Shown: positions 37,800-50,025 of the stretch, piece after piece
Position numbering within the stretch: position 1 is the stretch's first letter
Layout of the letters: every line of letters begins with the position of its first letter
Source of the DNA: the human T2T-CHM13v2.0 reference genome, Homo sapiens
Length of the DNA stretch: 64,000 bases
NCBI RefSeq assembly: GCF_009914755.1
Contig: NC_060940.1
Strand: one strand, 5' to 3'
Translations under genes and position numbers: made by a program
The notes under the pieces: model-generated
Database searches by the model: none
Seen by the model: the letters and a program-made list of their open reading frames with translations, nothing else
What the model was told of the DNA's origin: nothing

Positions 37800-38480
37800 A
37801 GGCCGGGAATCACGGCAGTTCTCAGGGAGGTGCCTCCCCAGGAACAAAGGGGACTTTCTCCAGAGGGCGGGGGCCTCGCGGGACCTGGGCTGGGGGGACC
37901 CCGGGAGGGTGCAGGGTCAAGGAACTGCCACGTCCATCGTCCATCCATTCCCATACATCCCGGTTCATGCTGTCCTGCCTCGTCCTGCCCTCATCCTCAT
38001 CCTTCCTGGTTTAGCCTCACCCGGTCCCACCCGGTCCCACCCAGTGCCATTCAGTCCCACTCAGTCCCACTCATCCCCATTCATCCCTGGAGCTCAGAGC
38101 GAGGGAGCGGGAGGGGCGGGCTGCCGGTAGAAGGACTTGTGCCCAGGCCAATCAGCGCGCGCGGGGTAGGGGGAGTTGCGGGGGGAGGGGGGTACGGGGC
38201 TTTCCGCCCTAACCTTTTCCTGCCTGGAGCCGCTCTGCTCGAGAGGCGCCTGCGAAGTCAGCTGGGGTTGCCCCTGCACCTCGTGTCACCCTGTGGGGCG
38301 GCATGAGTAGGCCCAGAAGGACGGCATGGAGGAACAGGCTGGGCCGGGGCTGGGGGAGGTGTGGTGGGACTGGCCCTCCTGGTACCTGTGATTTCCTGGG
38401 GACCGGGCCTTAATGGAGTTAAGGAGCCGCTCCCCTCTGCGTTGTCTCCGGAGCCGACCAGGCCTTCGGGAGTGGAATGT
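37800..38480 (+). promoter_or_regulatory. Intronic CpG-rich alternative promoter of FLYWCH1 (paralogue of 7000-7330)
   Basis: GGGGCGGG box, GCCAATCAGCG at about 38147, visible homology to the FLYWCH2 internal promoter. Confidence 0.55.
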
Positions 38481-38764
38481 GGGGCCCCAGGCCAGGGAAC
38501 TTTGGATCAAAGTGGGAGACCAGTGGGAACTGGAGCTGCAGCATGTGAGGTGGGGGTGAGGACGCTGAAAATGTCAGGGACTGCAGTCTCGATTCCAGGC
38601 TGAGAGGTGGGAAAGACCCCACCATCTGCCCACACTCAGTTGCCCCAAAAAAGCCCCACCCCACACCATGACTGCCACTGACTGCCCCCAGGTCCCTGCC
38701 CCATTCCCCATTATTTGCCCTTTCTGCCTCTCCAGGCTGGAACCCGTGGTGACCACGGGATTAA

Positions 38765-40265
38765 GTTAGAGCCTGTACAGAAAATCTAACTATGCTATTT
38801 CAAACAATAGAACAATTCTGCCCATGGTTTCCAGAACAAGGAACTTTAGATCTAAAGGATTGGGAAAAAATTGGCAAAGAATTAAAACAAGCAAATAGGG
38901 AAGGTAAAATCATCCCACTTACAGTATGGAATGATTGGGCCATTATTAAAGCAGCTTTAGAACCGTTTCAAACAGGAGAAGATAGCGTTTCAGTTTCTGA
39001 TGCCCCTGAAAGCTATGTAATAGATTGTGAAGAAGACAAAGGGACAGAATTCCAGAAAGGAATGGAAAGTTCACATTGTAAGTATGTAGCAGAGTCTGTA
39101 ATCGCTCGGTCAATGCAAAATGTTGACTTAAACAAGTAAGGGTTATTTGCCTCAGGGCCTGGGAAAAAAATTCATGGACCCAGGAACCACCTGCCCGTCT
39201 TTTAATTCAATTAGACAAGGCTCTAAAGAGCCCTACCCTGACTTTGTGGCAAGATTGCACGGTGCCGCTCCAAAATCTATTACAGATGATAACACCCAAA
39301 AGGTTATTGTAGAATTAATGGCCTATGAAAATGCAAATCCGGAATGTCAATTGGCCATAAAGCCATGTTGACTACAATCAATTACAGGAGGTAACATATC
39401 CTGAATCATCAAAATTGGGGGGAAAAGTGGGGCCATCAGAGTCTAAACCACAATGGCCAACTCCTCCTCCCGTGGTTCAGATACCTGTAACATTACAACC
39501 TCAAATGCAGGTTAGACAAGTACAAACCCCAAGAGAATATCAAATAGAAAAGGATAGTCTCTATCTCGGCAATGCCAATCCAGATACAGTATCCACAATA
39601 TCAGCCAGTAGAAAATAAAACCCAACCGCCATTAGCTTATCAATACTGGCTGCCAGCCGAGCTTCAGTATTGGCTGCCTCCAGAGGTCCAATACAGACCT
39701 CAAGTGGTGTGTGCCATGCCAAATTGCACGGCATCGTACAAGCAACCCACGGCGGTGGTGTTTAATACGTCAGCACCACAGGGCGCGGCGCTGTGTCCTC
39801 ACCCGCCCACTATGAGACTTAATCCAACAGCACCACCTAGTGGACAAGGTAGCACACTGCACGCGGTCATTGATGAAGCTAGAAAACAGGGAGATCTTGA
39901 GGCGTGGCAGTTCCTGGTAATTTTACAATCGGTACCGGCCGTGGAAGGGGCTCCAGCAGGAGCACCTGTGGTGGCTAATGCTAGATATGAACGCTTCACC
40001 ATGAAAATGTTAAAAGACATGAAGGAAGGAGTTAAACAATATGGACCCAACTCACCTTCTATGAGAACATTATTAGATTCCATTGCTCCAGCAGGAGTTG
40101 ATGTAGTTACAGAATATGTGAAGGCTTGTAATGGGATTGGAGGAGCCATGCATAAAGCTATCCTAATGGCTCAAGCAATGACTGGGGTTGCTTTAGGAGG
40201 ACAAGTTAGAACATTTGGGGGGAAATGTTATAATTGTGGCCAAATTGGTCGTCTAAAAAAGAATT
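38765..40265 (+). mobile_element. gag: HERV-K(HML-2) gag remnant, truncated and rearranged
   Basis: MA (IEQFCPWFPEQGTLDLKDWEKIGKELK), p15 (IQYPQYQPVENKTQPP), CA pieces (KDMKEGVKQYGPNSP; RQGSKEPYPDFVARL MHR) and NC knuckle (KCYNCGQIG); frameshifts and stops throughout. Confidence 0.95.
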
Positions 40266-40341
40266 CCCCGGCTGGCTCAGTCAGTAGATCATGAGACTCT
40301 TAATCTCAGGGTCGTGGGTTCACGCCCCACACTGGGCGCCA
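40266..40341 (+). tRNA. tRNA-Lys(CTT)-derived full-length copy with encoded CCA (non-functional, retroviral primer copy)
   Basis: 73 nt + CCA; anticodon CTT at 40299-301; 8 differences from recalled tRNA-Lys-CTT; B box damaged (TTCAC for TTCGA); its 3' 18 nt form the PBS of the adjacent LTR. Confidence 0.9.
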
Positions 40342-40343
40342 GG

Positions 40344-41327
40344 TGAAGGAGGCCTGCCGCTCCACACCTATGGATATTTCTCGTCAGGTGGAGATGAGAC
40401 TGATAAAAGAAATAAGACACAGAGACAAAGTATATAGAAAACAGTGGGCCCAGGAGATGGGCACTCTATGTGCGAGGACCCGCACTGGCGCTGGTCTCTG
40501 AGTTCCCTCAGTATTTATTGATGACTATTTTTACTATCTTGGCAAGGGGAGTGTGGCAGGGCAACAGGGTGATGGTGGGGAGAAGGTCAGCAGGGAAACA
40601 TGTGAGCAAAGGAATCTGTATCATGAAGAAGTTCAAGGAAAGGTACTGTGTCTGGATGTGCATGTAGGCCAGATTTGTGTTTCACTTCACACAAACATCT
40701 CAGTGTAGCAAAGAGTAACAGAGCAGTATTGCTGCCAGCGTATCTTGCCTCCAGCCACAGGGTGGTTTTCTCCTATCTCAGAATAGAACGAATGGTCGGC
40801 TTTACACTGAGACATGCCATTCCCAGGGACGAGCAGGGGACAGAAAGCTTCCTCTTACCTCAACAGCAAAGAGGTTTCCCTCTTTCACTCCTCCTCCTCA
40901 GCACAGACCCTTCACAGGTGTCAGGCTGGGGGATGGTAAGGTCTTTCCTTTCCCATGAGGCCATATCTCAGGCTGTCTCAGTGGGGGGAAACCTTGGACA
41001 ATACCTAGGCTTTCTTGGGCGGAGCTCCCTGTGGCTTTCCACAGTGCATTGTGTCCCTGGTTAATGGAGAATGGCAGTGACTTTTACCAGGCATACTGTC
41101 TGCAAACATATTGTTAACAAGGCACATCCTGCACAGCCTTAAATCCATTAAACCTTGATTCAGTACAGCACATGTTTCTGTGAGCACAGGGTTGGGGTTA
41201 AAGTTACAGATTAACAGCATCACAAAGCAGAGCAATTTTTCTTCGTACAGATCAAAATGGAGTTTCTTATGTCTTCCTTTCCTACATAGACACAGTAACA
41301 ATCTGATCTCTCTCTCTTTTCCCCACA
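40344..41327 (-). mobile_element. HERV-K(HML-2) LTR5 (older LTR5B-like), full length
   Basis: Minus strand TGTGGGGAAAAGAGAGAGAGATCAGATTGTTACTGTGTC...GGCAGGCCTCCTTCA, 984 bp, followed by cc-TGGCGCCC PBS. Confidence 0.92.
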
Positions 41328-42288
41328 CAAAAAGCCCCACCCCACACCATGACTGCCACTGACTGCCCCCAGGCCCCCACCCCAGCCCTGTGCTGGTTCC
41401 CCATTATCTGACCTTTCTGCCTCTCCAGGCTGGAACCCGTGGTGACCTCAGAATTCTCCAGACACCACCACAGCCCCGTCCCCGACCAGCCGAGGCAGCC
41501 ACAGCAACAGCTCCGGCACAAGGTGGCTGCCACTGTGGGGCCCTGGTATCTCCTGAAGTGGGGGTGGCCTGGGGCCTCCAGGCTAGGATAGGGACTGGGT
41601 CTGCCTGAGCCCAGAAAGGGCTTTCTGCCTCCCAGGCCGTGATGTGGTGCCGTCCTCTGGAAAGGGCTCTGCGTACCAGGCCCACATGCCTGAGACAGGT
41701 GCCTGGCGTCCTGGTGAAGCACATGGTTTCCAAAAAGGTCCTGACAAGTCCCTGGGCATCTGAGCAGAAACGGGTCTCAGCTTCCCGCCTCTTCAGCCTC
41801 AAGTGTATCACAGGTGTCTGTGCCTCACTATCCTCGTCTATAACTGGGTCAATAAGAACGTTCTGCCGTCATAATGTAGGGACTGGAGGGGGGACTGGAA
41901 ACGCGGGTGGAAACCCTTCGTCCGTGCTCAGCATGTGGCTGAGCTCTTAGTCCATTAGTCACTCTGATGGCCCCTTGTGGAGGGTGTTTATTGTGCACAT
42001 TTTCCAGATGGGGAAAGGGGTTGGATGGGGCTGACGTACCTAAGGCTGCCAGGAGAGGAACTGGCAGAGCAGAAGCCTAGTTCCATCAGGCCCCCGGCCA
42101 GTCTTGGCCCCAGCGAGCAGTGAGGCAGCCCCATCTGCCCCACCTCCCTCCCAGATCCACGTCTAGAGTCCCCCAAGGGCTTCCACCACTGACGGGATTT
42201 TGCTTCCTTCCTTAGGACGGAACCACTGCACTCCAGGTTCCTTGCTGGGTGCTGAGCGTGGCCTGAGGGACAGGCCCTGGGTCCCGGG

Positions 42289-42613
42289 ATGCCCCTGCCC
42301 GAGCCCAGCGAGCAGGAGGGCGAGAGTGTGAAGGCCGGCCAGGAGCCATCCCCCAAGCCAGGCACGGACGTCATCCCGGCAGCCCCCAGGAAGCCCAGGG
42401 AGTTCTCCAAACTGGTGCTGCTCACAGCCTCCGACCAAGATGAGGATGGGGTGGGATCCAAGCCCCAGGAAGTGCACTGCGTCCTGTCCCTGGAGATGGC
42501 TGGCCCCGCCACCCTCGCCAGCACCTTGCAGATCCTGCCAGTTGAGGAGCAGGGAGGGGTGGTCCAGCCAGCCCTAGAGATGCCTGAACAGAAGTGCAGC
42601 AAGCTGGATGCAG
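42289..42613 (+). CDS. FLYWCH1: FLYWCH1 first coding exon (exon 42216-42613), N-terminal domain
   Basis: ATG at 42289, MPLPEPSEQEGESVKAGQEP...CSKLDA; donor CAG|gtgagg, phase 1. Confidence 0.95.
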
Positions 42614-43012
42614 GTGAGGTGTGGCTTCCCGCCCCTGCCCAGCCACCCCGTGGGTTCCAGCGCTCCCAGCAGGCCCTGTACACCCTGCTTCAAGCATAGT
42701 GTCTTGTCCTTGCTCCAAGCTCAGCCTCTTGGTCTCTGATCCTGAGCGTGTCCGAGGCTGGTGGGATGATCACAGTCAGGTACCAGGAGCTCCTGGGAGT
42801 TGCAGTGACGTGCAGAATTCCTTCAGCTCCCTAAAAACATCCACTACCACCCCCAAAATAAAAACCAGCCCTGGGAGTCTGGGCTTCTTGCTTGGGAGCA
42901 GGAGGAGAAGGCACCTGCCATACTCAGGATCCCCACGCCCTCCCTGGCTCTCTGTGCCTGCGACCCTGAGCTTTGCTCTAGCTTAGCTAACCTAGCCTTC
43001 CCGTTCCCCCAG

Positions 43013-43483
43013 CAGCCCCTCAGTCCCTGGAGTTCCTGAGGACACCATTCGGGGGCCGCCTCCTGGTGCTGGAGTCCTTCCTGTACAAGCAGGAGAAGGC
43101 AGTGGGGGACAAGGTGTACTGGAAGTGCCGCCAACATGCTGAGCTGGGCTGCCGGGGCCGGGCCATCACCCGAGGCCTGCGGGCCACAGTGATGCGGGGC
43201 CACTGCCACGCGCCCGATGAGCAAGGCCTGGAGGCCCGGCGCCAGAGGGAGAAACTGCCCAGCCTGGCCCTGCCAGAGGGCTTGGGAGAGCCCCAGGGTC
43301 CTGAGGGCCCTGGAGGCCGAGTGGAGGAGCCCCTGGAGGGGGTGGGCCCGTGGCAGTGCCCTGAGGAGCCCGAGCCCACTCCTGGGCTGGTGCTGAGCAA
43401 GCCGGCCCTGGAGGAGGAGGAGGCACCCCGAGCCCTGTCACTGCTGAGCCTGCCGCCCAAGAAGCGCTCGATCCTGGGGCTGG
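43013..43483 (+). CDS. FLYWCH1: FLYWCH1 coding exon, FLYWCH zinc finger 1
   Basis: CAGCAG acceptor; EFLRTPFGGRLLVLESFLYKQEKAVGDKVYWKC..C..HCH; donor TGG|gtgagt; 471 nt. Confidence 0.95.
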
Positions 43484-43624
43484 GTGAGTACAATCCACTC
43501 CCCTGCTGCGTCCACTCGGGGCAGGGGACCCGAGGGCCCTTCCTCAGCCCAAATAGAAATGTGGGGTCCCACAGGGTCTTTTAAAATGTACTCAAAGCTA
43601 AAATGACTTTTAAAAATATAAATG

Positions 43625-44900
<1,276 letters not shown>

Positions 44901-45420
44901 GGCTGGTGGGAGAGTCTTGGGTTTTGGGTCCTAGGTTCAAATTTCAGCCCTCCCTGATGGTAGCTCTGTAGCCTCAGAAAATTGGCTTAATTTCTGGAGT
45001 TTCAGGAGCTTTATCCTAAGGTGGCTGTGATAACCTGGATTGTTGTGTAAATTGCACATTTGGGGCTTGGCAAGTGGCAGATGGGAGTTCTGGCTGTTTT
45101 ATTACCAGTAACTGGGACATGGGCTTGGGTTCGAGGAGGCCACGTGCCTCCTGACACAGCCTTAAGGATCTGAGGTGGCCCCTGCCCTGGGCACCTGGGG
45201 TGGGAAGGGAGGTGCAGGGAACAGGGAGACTTATTTTTCACTGTGATCTTTTCGAACCATTTGAATGTATTATACCTTGTGTGTTTTATTCAAAAATGGG
45301 TAGATTTTTTAAACAAAACCTAAAAAAAATATGAGCAGGAATGACAGAAAACAGAGACCACTGAGTCTGAGTCCAGGTTGGCCCCTCCTGGTGTAACCTT
45401 GATGCAACATTGAGCAGGCC

Positions 45421-45562
45421 TGAGCTGGGGTGACCTCACTGACAGCTAGGAGAGGAATGAGACTCTCCTCTGGGTCACTCAGTGGTAGGGGTGAGCTGGG
45501 GTGGCCTCACTGACCGCTAGGAGAGGAATGAGACTCTCCTCCGGGTCGCTTGGTGGTAGGGG
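45421..45562. repeat. 71-bp x2 imperfect tandem repeat
   Basis: tgagctggggtg.cctcactgac.gctaggagaggaatgagactctcctc.gggtc... at 45421 and 45492. Confidence 0.85.
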
Positions 45563-45730
45563 TTCAGTGGGAATGGGTTTGGGGCCTCTGACATATCTGG
45601 CTCAGGAAGCCAGGGTAAATTTCAGCCTTAAAGGAGAAAGGCTCGTGTCAGCCCCCACAGTCTGCAGGGGCTGTCCCTCCTGGGCTCCTCTCCACCCCTG
45701 GTGATGTGACCACTTGGGTCTCTCCTCTAG

Positions 45731-46183
45731 GACAGGCTCGGCCCCTCGAGTTCCTGAGGACGTGCTACGGGGGCAGCTTCCTGGTACACGAGTCGTTCCT
45801 CTACAAGCGGGAGAAGGCTGTCGGGGACAAGGTGTATTGGACCTGCCGGGACCACGCGCTGCACGGCTGCCGGAGCCGGGCCATCACCCAGGGACAGCGG
45901 GTGACTGTGATGCGTGGGCACTGCCACCAGCCCGATATGGAGGGCCTGGAAGCCCGGCGGCAGCAGGAGAAGGCCGTGGAGACGCTGCAGGCTGGGCAGG
46001 ACGGCCCTGGGAGCCAAGTGGACACGCTGCTCCGAGGCGTGGATAGTTTGCTCTACCGCAGGGGTCCGGGTCCCCTGACTCTGACCAGGCCTCGGCCCAG
46101 AAAGCGAGCAAAGGTCGAAGACCAGGAGCTGCCAACCCAGCCCGAGGCCCCAGACGAGCACCAGGACATGGACGCAGACCCGG
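45731..46183 (+). CDS. FLYWCH1: FLYWCH1 coding exon, FLYWCH zinc finger 2
   Basis: Acceptor tctcctctAG; EFLRTCYGGSFLVHESFLY...HCH; basic RPRPRKRAK; donor CGG|gtgagc; 453 nt. Confidence 0.95.
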
Positions 46184-46316
46184 GTGAGCTGCCTTCCTTT
46201 GGGGCTCACCGGCCCTGCCTTGACTCTTGCCTCCAGAGGTCCAGGGAGGGAAGGGGGTGCGATCAGGCCTACCCAGCCCCTGTCCCCTCCCCTGACTGCC
46301 TCTTGAACCTCCCCAG

Positions 46317-46580
46317 GAGGCCCTGAGTTCCTGAAGACGCCCCTGGGGGGCAGCTTCCTGGTGTACGAGTCCTTCCTCTACCGGCGGGAGAAGGCGGCTG
46401 GGGAGAAGGTGTATTGGACCTGCCGGGACCAGGCCCGCATGGGCTGCCGCAGCCGCGCCATCACCCAGGGCCGACGGGTGACTGTCATGCGTGGTCACTG
46501 CCACCCGCCCGACCTGGGAGGCCTGGAGGCCCTGAGGCAGCGGGAGAAACGCCCCAACACGGCGCAGCGGGGGAGCCCAG
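46317..46580 (+). CDS. FLYWCH1: FLYWCH1 coding exon, FLYWCH zinc finger 3
   Basis: Acceptor cctccccAG; GGPEFLKTPLGGSFLVYESFLY...; donor CAG|gtacct; 264 nt. Confidence 0.95.
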
Positions 46581-47405
46581 GTACCTGGGGGTGGGCTGGG
46601 AGCTGGGCCCCAGGAAGCAGGCAGGAGCCCCACACTGCCTTTCCCTCTCCATGCTGCGGCTCCCCCTGGCAAACGTCCTCTTCCCTTCTTTGAACATCCT
46701 AGAAGGAACTATGGCCCTGGCCTCCTACTCCTTGGCCCCCCTGATGCCGCTTTCAATGGGTCTCACCTTCCTGCTCAGCCCAGCCTCCCCCTTCCAGCCT
46801 GACCTGCCCCACAGTAGCAGCAGCAGGGATAGACCTCCCTGCCCTCCTCTTCCTCCGTTTGTCTTAAGAGTTCATAGTAGTAATAGAGGGTGTTGACTGC
46901 ACATGGTCAGTCTCGTTGCTATGGTGGAAGGCTGTCTTAACGTCTGAGTGGTTAAGGATTGAGGAGGTGATATTTACTTACATGCAGCCGGTTTCTCCTC
47001 TCGGCCCGCTGTTCCATAGACACCCATAATGTCCTGAAACGCTGGCCTGAGGAGGGTCCCGGCTGTCTCCATCTTTATCCACACGGTCGGCCCCCTGCAG
47101 TGCCTGGTGTTTTGACTTCACAACCACAGTTGCGTAAATGTCCCCATAGCGTCTGGCTGAGGAGCCATTTCATCGTGGCCTCCTCCACTCACCTGCTCTT
47201 CCTTCACGCCCCAAGGCGCTGGCCTCTCTTTCCAGTGGCTCTTCCGGATCCTGCAGCTTTTGGGTCATGTGAGTTGCCTCATGGCCCTAAAGTTCTCTCG
47301 GACTTGAGAGCTGTGATTGTCTTTCTCTTTTTGTTCCATCTCCAGAGAGACAGTGCTGCGAGGTCCCCGCCTCGTCCTCACCCCCGCTCCTGACCCCACA
47401 AGTAA

Positions 47406-47837
<432 letters not shown>

Positions 47838-48506
47838 TAGCCTAGAAACCTGCTCGCGGCTGACTGGGGGGTGCTCTGTGGTCCCATCTTCCTAACACAG
47901 CTCTGTCTTCTCTGTGGGGTGGCAGCTGCTGCGTTTGTTTGCCTGCTTTTGTGTGCCCAGGTCGACCCCACCTGGATCCGATCATCCACAACCGCAGGTT
48001 GCTGGAACCTCCCAGTGCAGCCTGGCCTGGGGGCAGAGGCCGGGCCCAGCTGTCCCTCGGGGTTCACTGTGCTGACTCCCTGCTTCTGGGCCTGCCTTTC
48101 TCTTTCTTGGTTTTCTTTATAATTTTGTGGTTTGGAGAAGTCCTGCCTCCCGTCGTTTCCTGGGCCGGTCCCGGGAGGTAGCACGTTGAGGCCTTTCATG
48201 TCTGAAATGTCTGTCGCTTCCCTCCGCCGGAGGGGCAGCCTGGCCTCCGTGGTGTCACAGGTGCAGAGCCTGCCCTTGAACGTCCCTGCCGCTTTTGCGT
48301 GACTGATCCTCTGTGTGCCGTCAGCTTTGCTTGAGGTTTTAGGGTCTTTGCTCCCTCCCAGCTGTACCTGGCTGTGCTGGGGGCCTTTTTAGGCTTTGGG
48401 CTTGTGTCCTTCATCGTGGGGTCATCCTCTCGTGCTCTTTGTTAACTTCCCCATCATCATCCCTTTCTGTTGCTCCTGTTAATCAGATGTTGATCCTCCC
48501 AGATGA

Positions 48507-48632
<126 letters not shown>

Positions 48633-48648
48633 TGAGTAGCTGGGATTA

Positions 48649-48951
<303 letters not shown>

Positions 48952-49672
48952 TCAGGGTCCTCCTGCCTCCCGAGCCTCCCTGCTCCACATGGCCCCTGCC
49001 CAGCCCTCTCCATCCCTCTTGAAGGTAGTTCCACAGCCAGACACCCTCCCGCCCCCCGCTGGCCTCTCCTCTAGGGCTTGCTACCCACCCCCATCCCCTG
49101 CTTCCACTGCCACCCGATGTGTCCACGATGCCCCAGGCCACCTCCCCACCTCTGTGGCCCCTGAGCCTGCACGGAGGAAAGGGTATCCTCTGGGCAAGGC
49201 ACAGCCACCCGCCAGGTCCTCCCTCTCACCACATCCAGGACAGTGGACGCTGCTCCCTGCCTCTTCCTCAGAGTCCTGGGGTCACACCTCTACCTGCGCG
49301 GCTCTCGGGGGCCACCCCTCTCAGCCCCATCCGGCTCCTGAGCAGCTTTGTCCCCAGAGGGCCCCGGGTCATTCCTCTGACCAACCAGGCACGGCGCACC
49401 CTGCATGCAAGCCTGGGCGGGTGCTGGGGACGGACGACTGACGCAGCAGACACTGCCTCCCTGAAGGCATGGCAAGGTGGGACGCTTGGCCGCCACCTGC
49501 AGGGGCCTCACCTGACCAGTCCCCAGCCTCAGGAGGCGGACCCCAGCAGCTGGAGCCCCAGCAGAGTTGGGGGGATGGTGGCATCTGTGTCCTGGGCTCT
49601 GGGGCCACCTCACTGTGAGGAGGAGGTGTGGGCGTTGTGGGAGGTCTCATCTCGGGGCCATGCTGATCTGGG

Positions 49673-49756
49673 CTCTGAGAGCTGGTGTCCGCTGCTCCTC
49701 CCCTCCCATTTCTCCTCTGAGAGCTGGTGTCCGCTGCTCCTCCCCTCCCATTTCTC
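49673..49756. repeat. 42-bp perfect tandem duplication just upstream of a splice acceptor
   Basis: ctctgagagctggtgtccgctgctcctcccctcccatttctc x2. Confidence 0.92.
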
Positions 49757-49761
49757 AACAG

Positions 49762-50025
49762 GAGGCCCCGAGTTCCTGAAGACGCCCCTGGGGGGCAGCT
49801 TCCTGGTGTACGAGTCCTTCCTCTACCGGCGGGAGAAGGCGGCCGGGGAGAAGGTGTATTGGACCTGCCGGGACCAGGCCCGCATGGGCTGCCGCAGCCG
49901 CGCCATCACCCAGGGCCGGCGGGTCATGGTCATGCGCAGGCACTGCCACCCACCGGACCTGGGCGGCCTGGAGGCCCTGCGGCAGCGGGAGCACTTCCCC
50001 AACCTGGCGCAGTGGGACAGCCCAG
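49762..50025 (+). CDS. FLYWCH1: FLYWCH1 coding exon, FLYWCH zinc finger 4
   Basis: Acceptor tttctcaacAG; near-duplicate of the previous exon; donor CAG|gtgcgt; 264 nt. Confidence 0.95.

Larger units (their letters stand above)
38646..41447. repeat. Direct repeat (38646-38754 and 41328-41447) flanking the HERV-K insert
   Basis: caaaaagccccaccccacaccatgactgcc...ccaggctggaacccgtggtgacc occurs on both sides with a few mismatches and a ~11-12-nt indel. Confidence 0.9.

Noticed and set aside
39572-40294. 240-aa ORF as an intact Gag protein
   Set aside because: It lacks MA and most of CA, and the zinc knuckle is broken and fused to tRNA sequence.
40266-40341. Functional tRNA-Lys gene
   Set aside because: Encoded CCA, broken B box, disrupted stems, no oligo-T terminator, and the position coincides with an LTR PBS.
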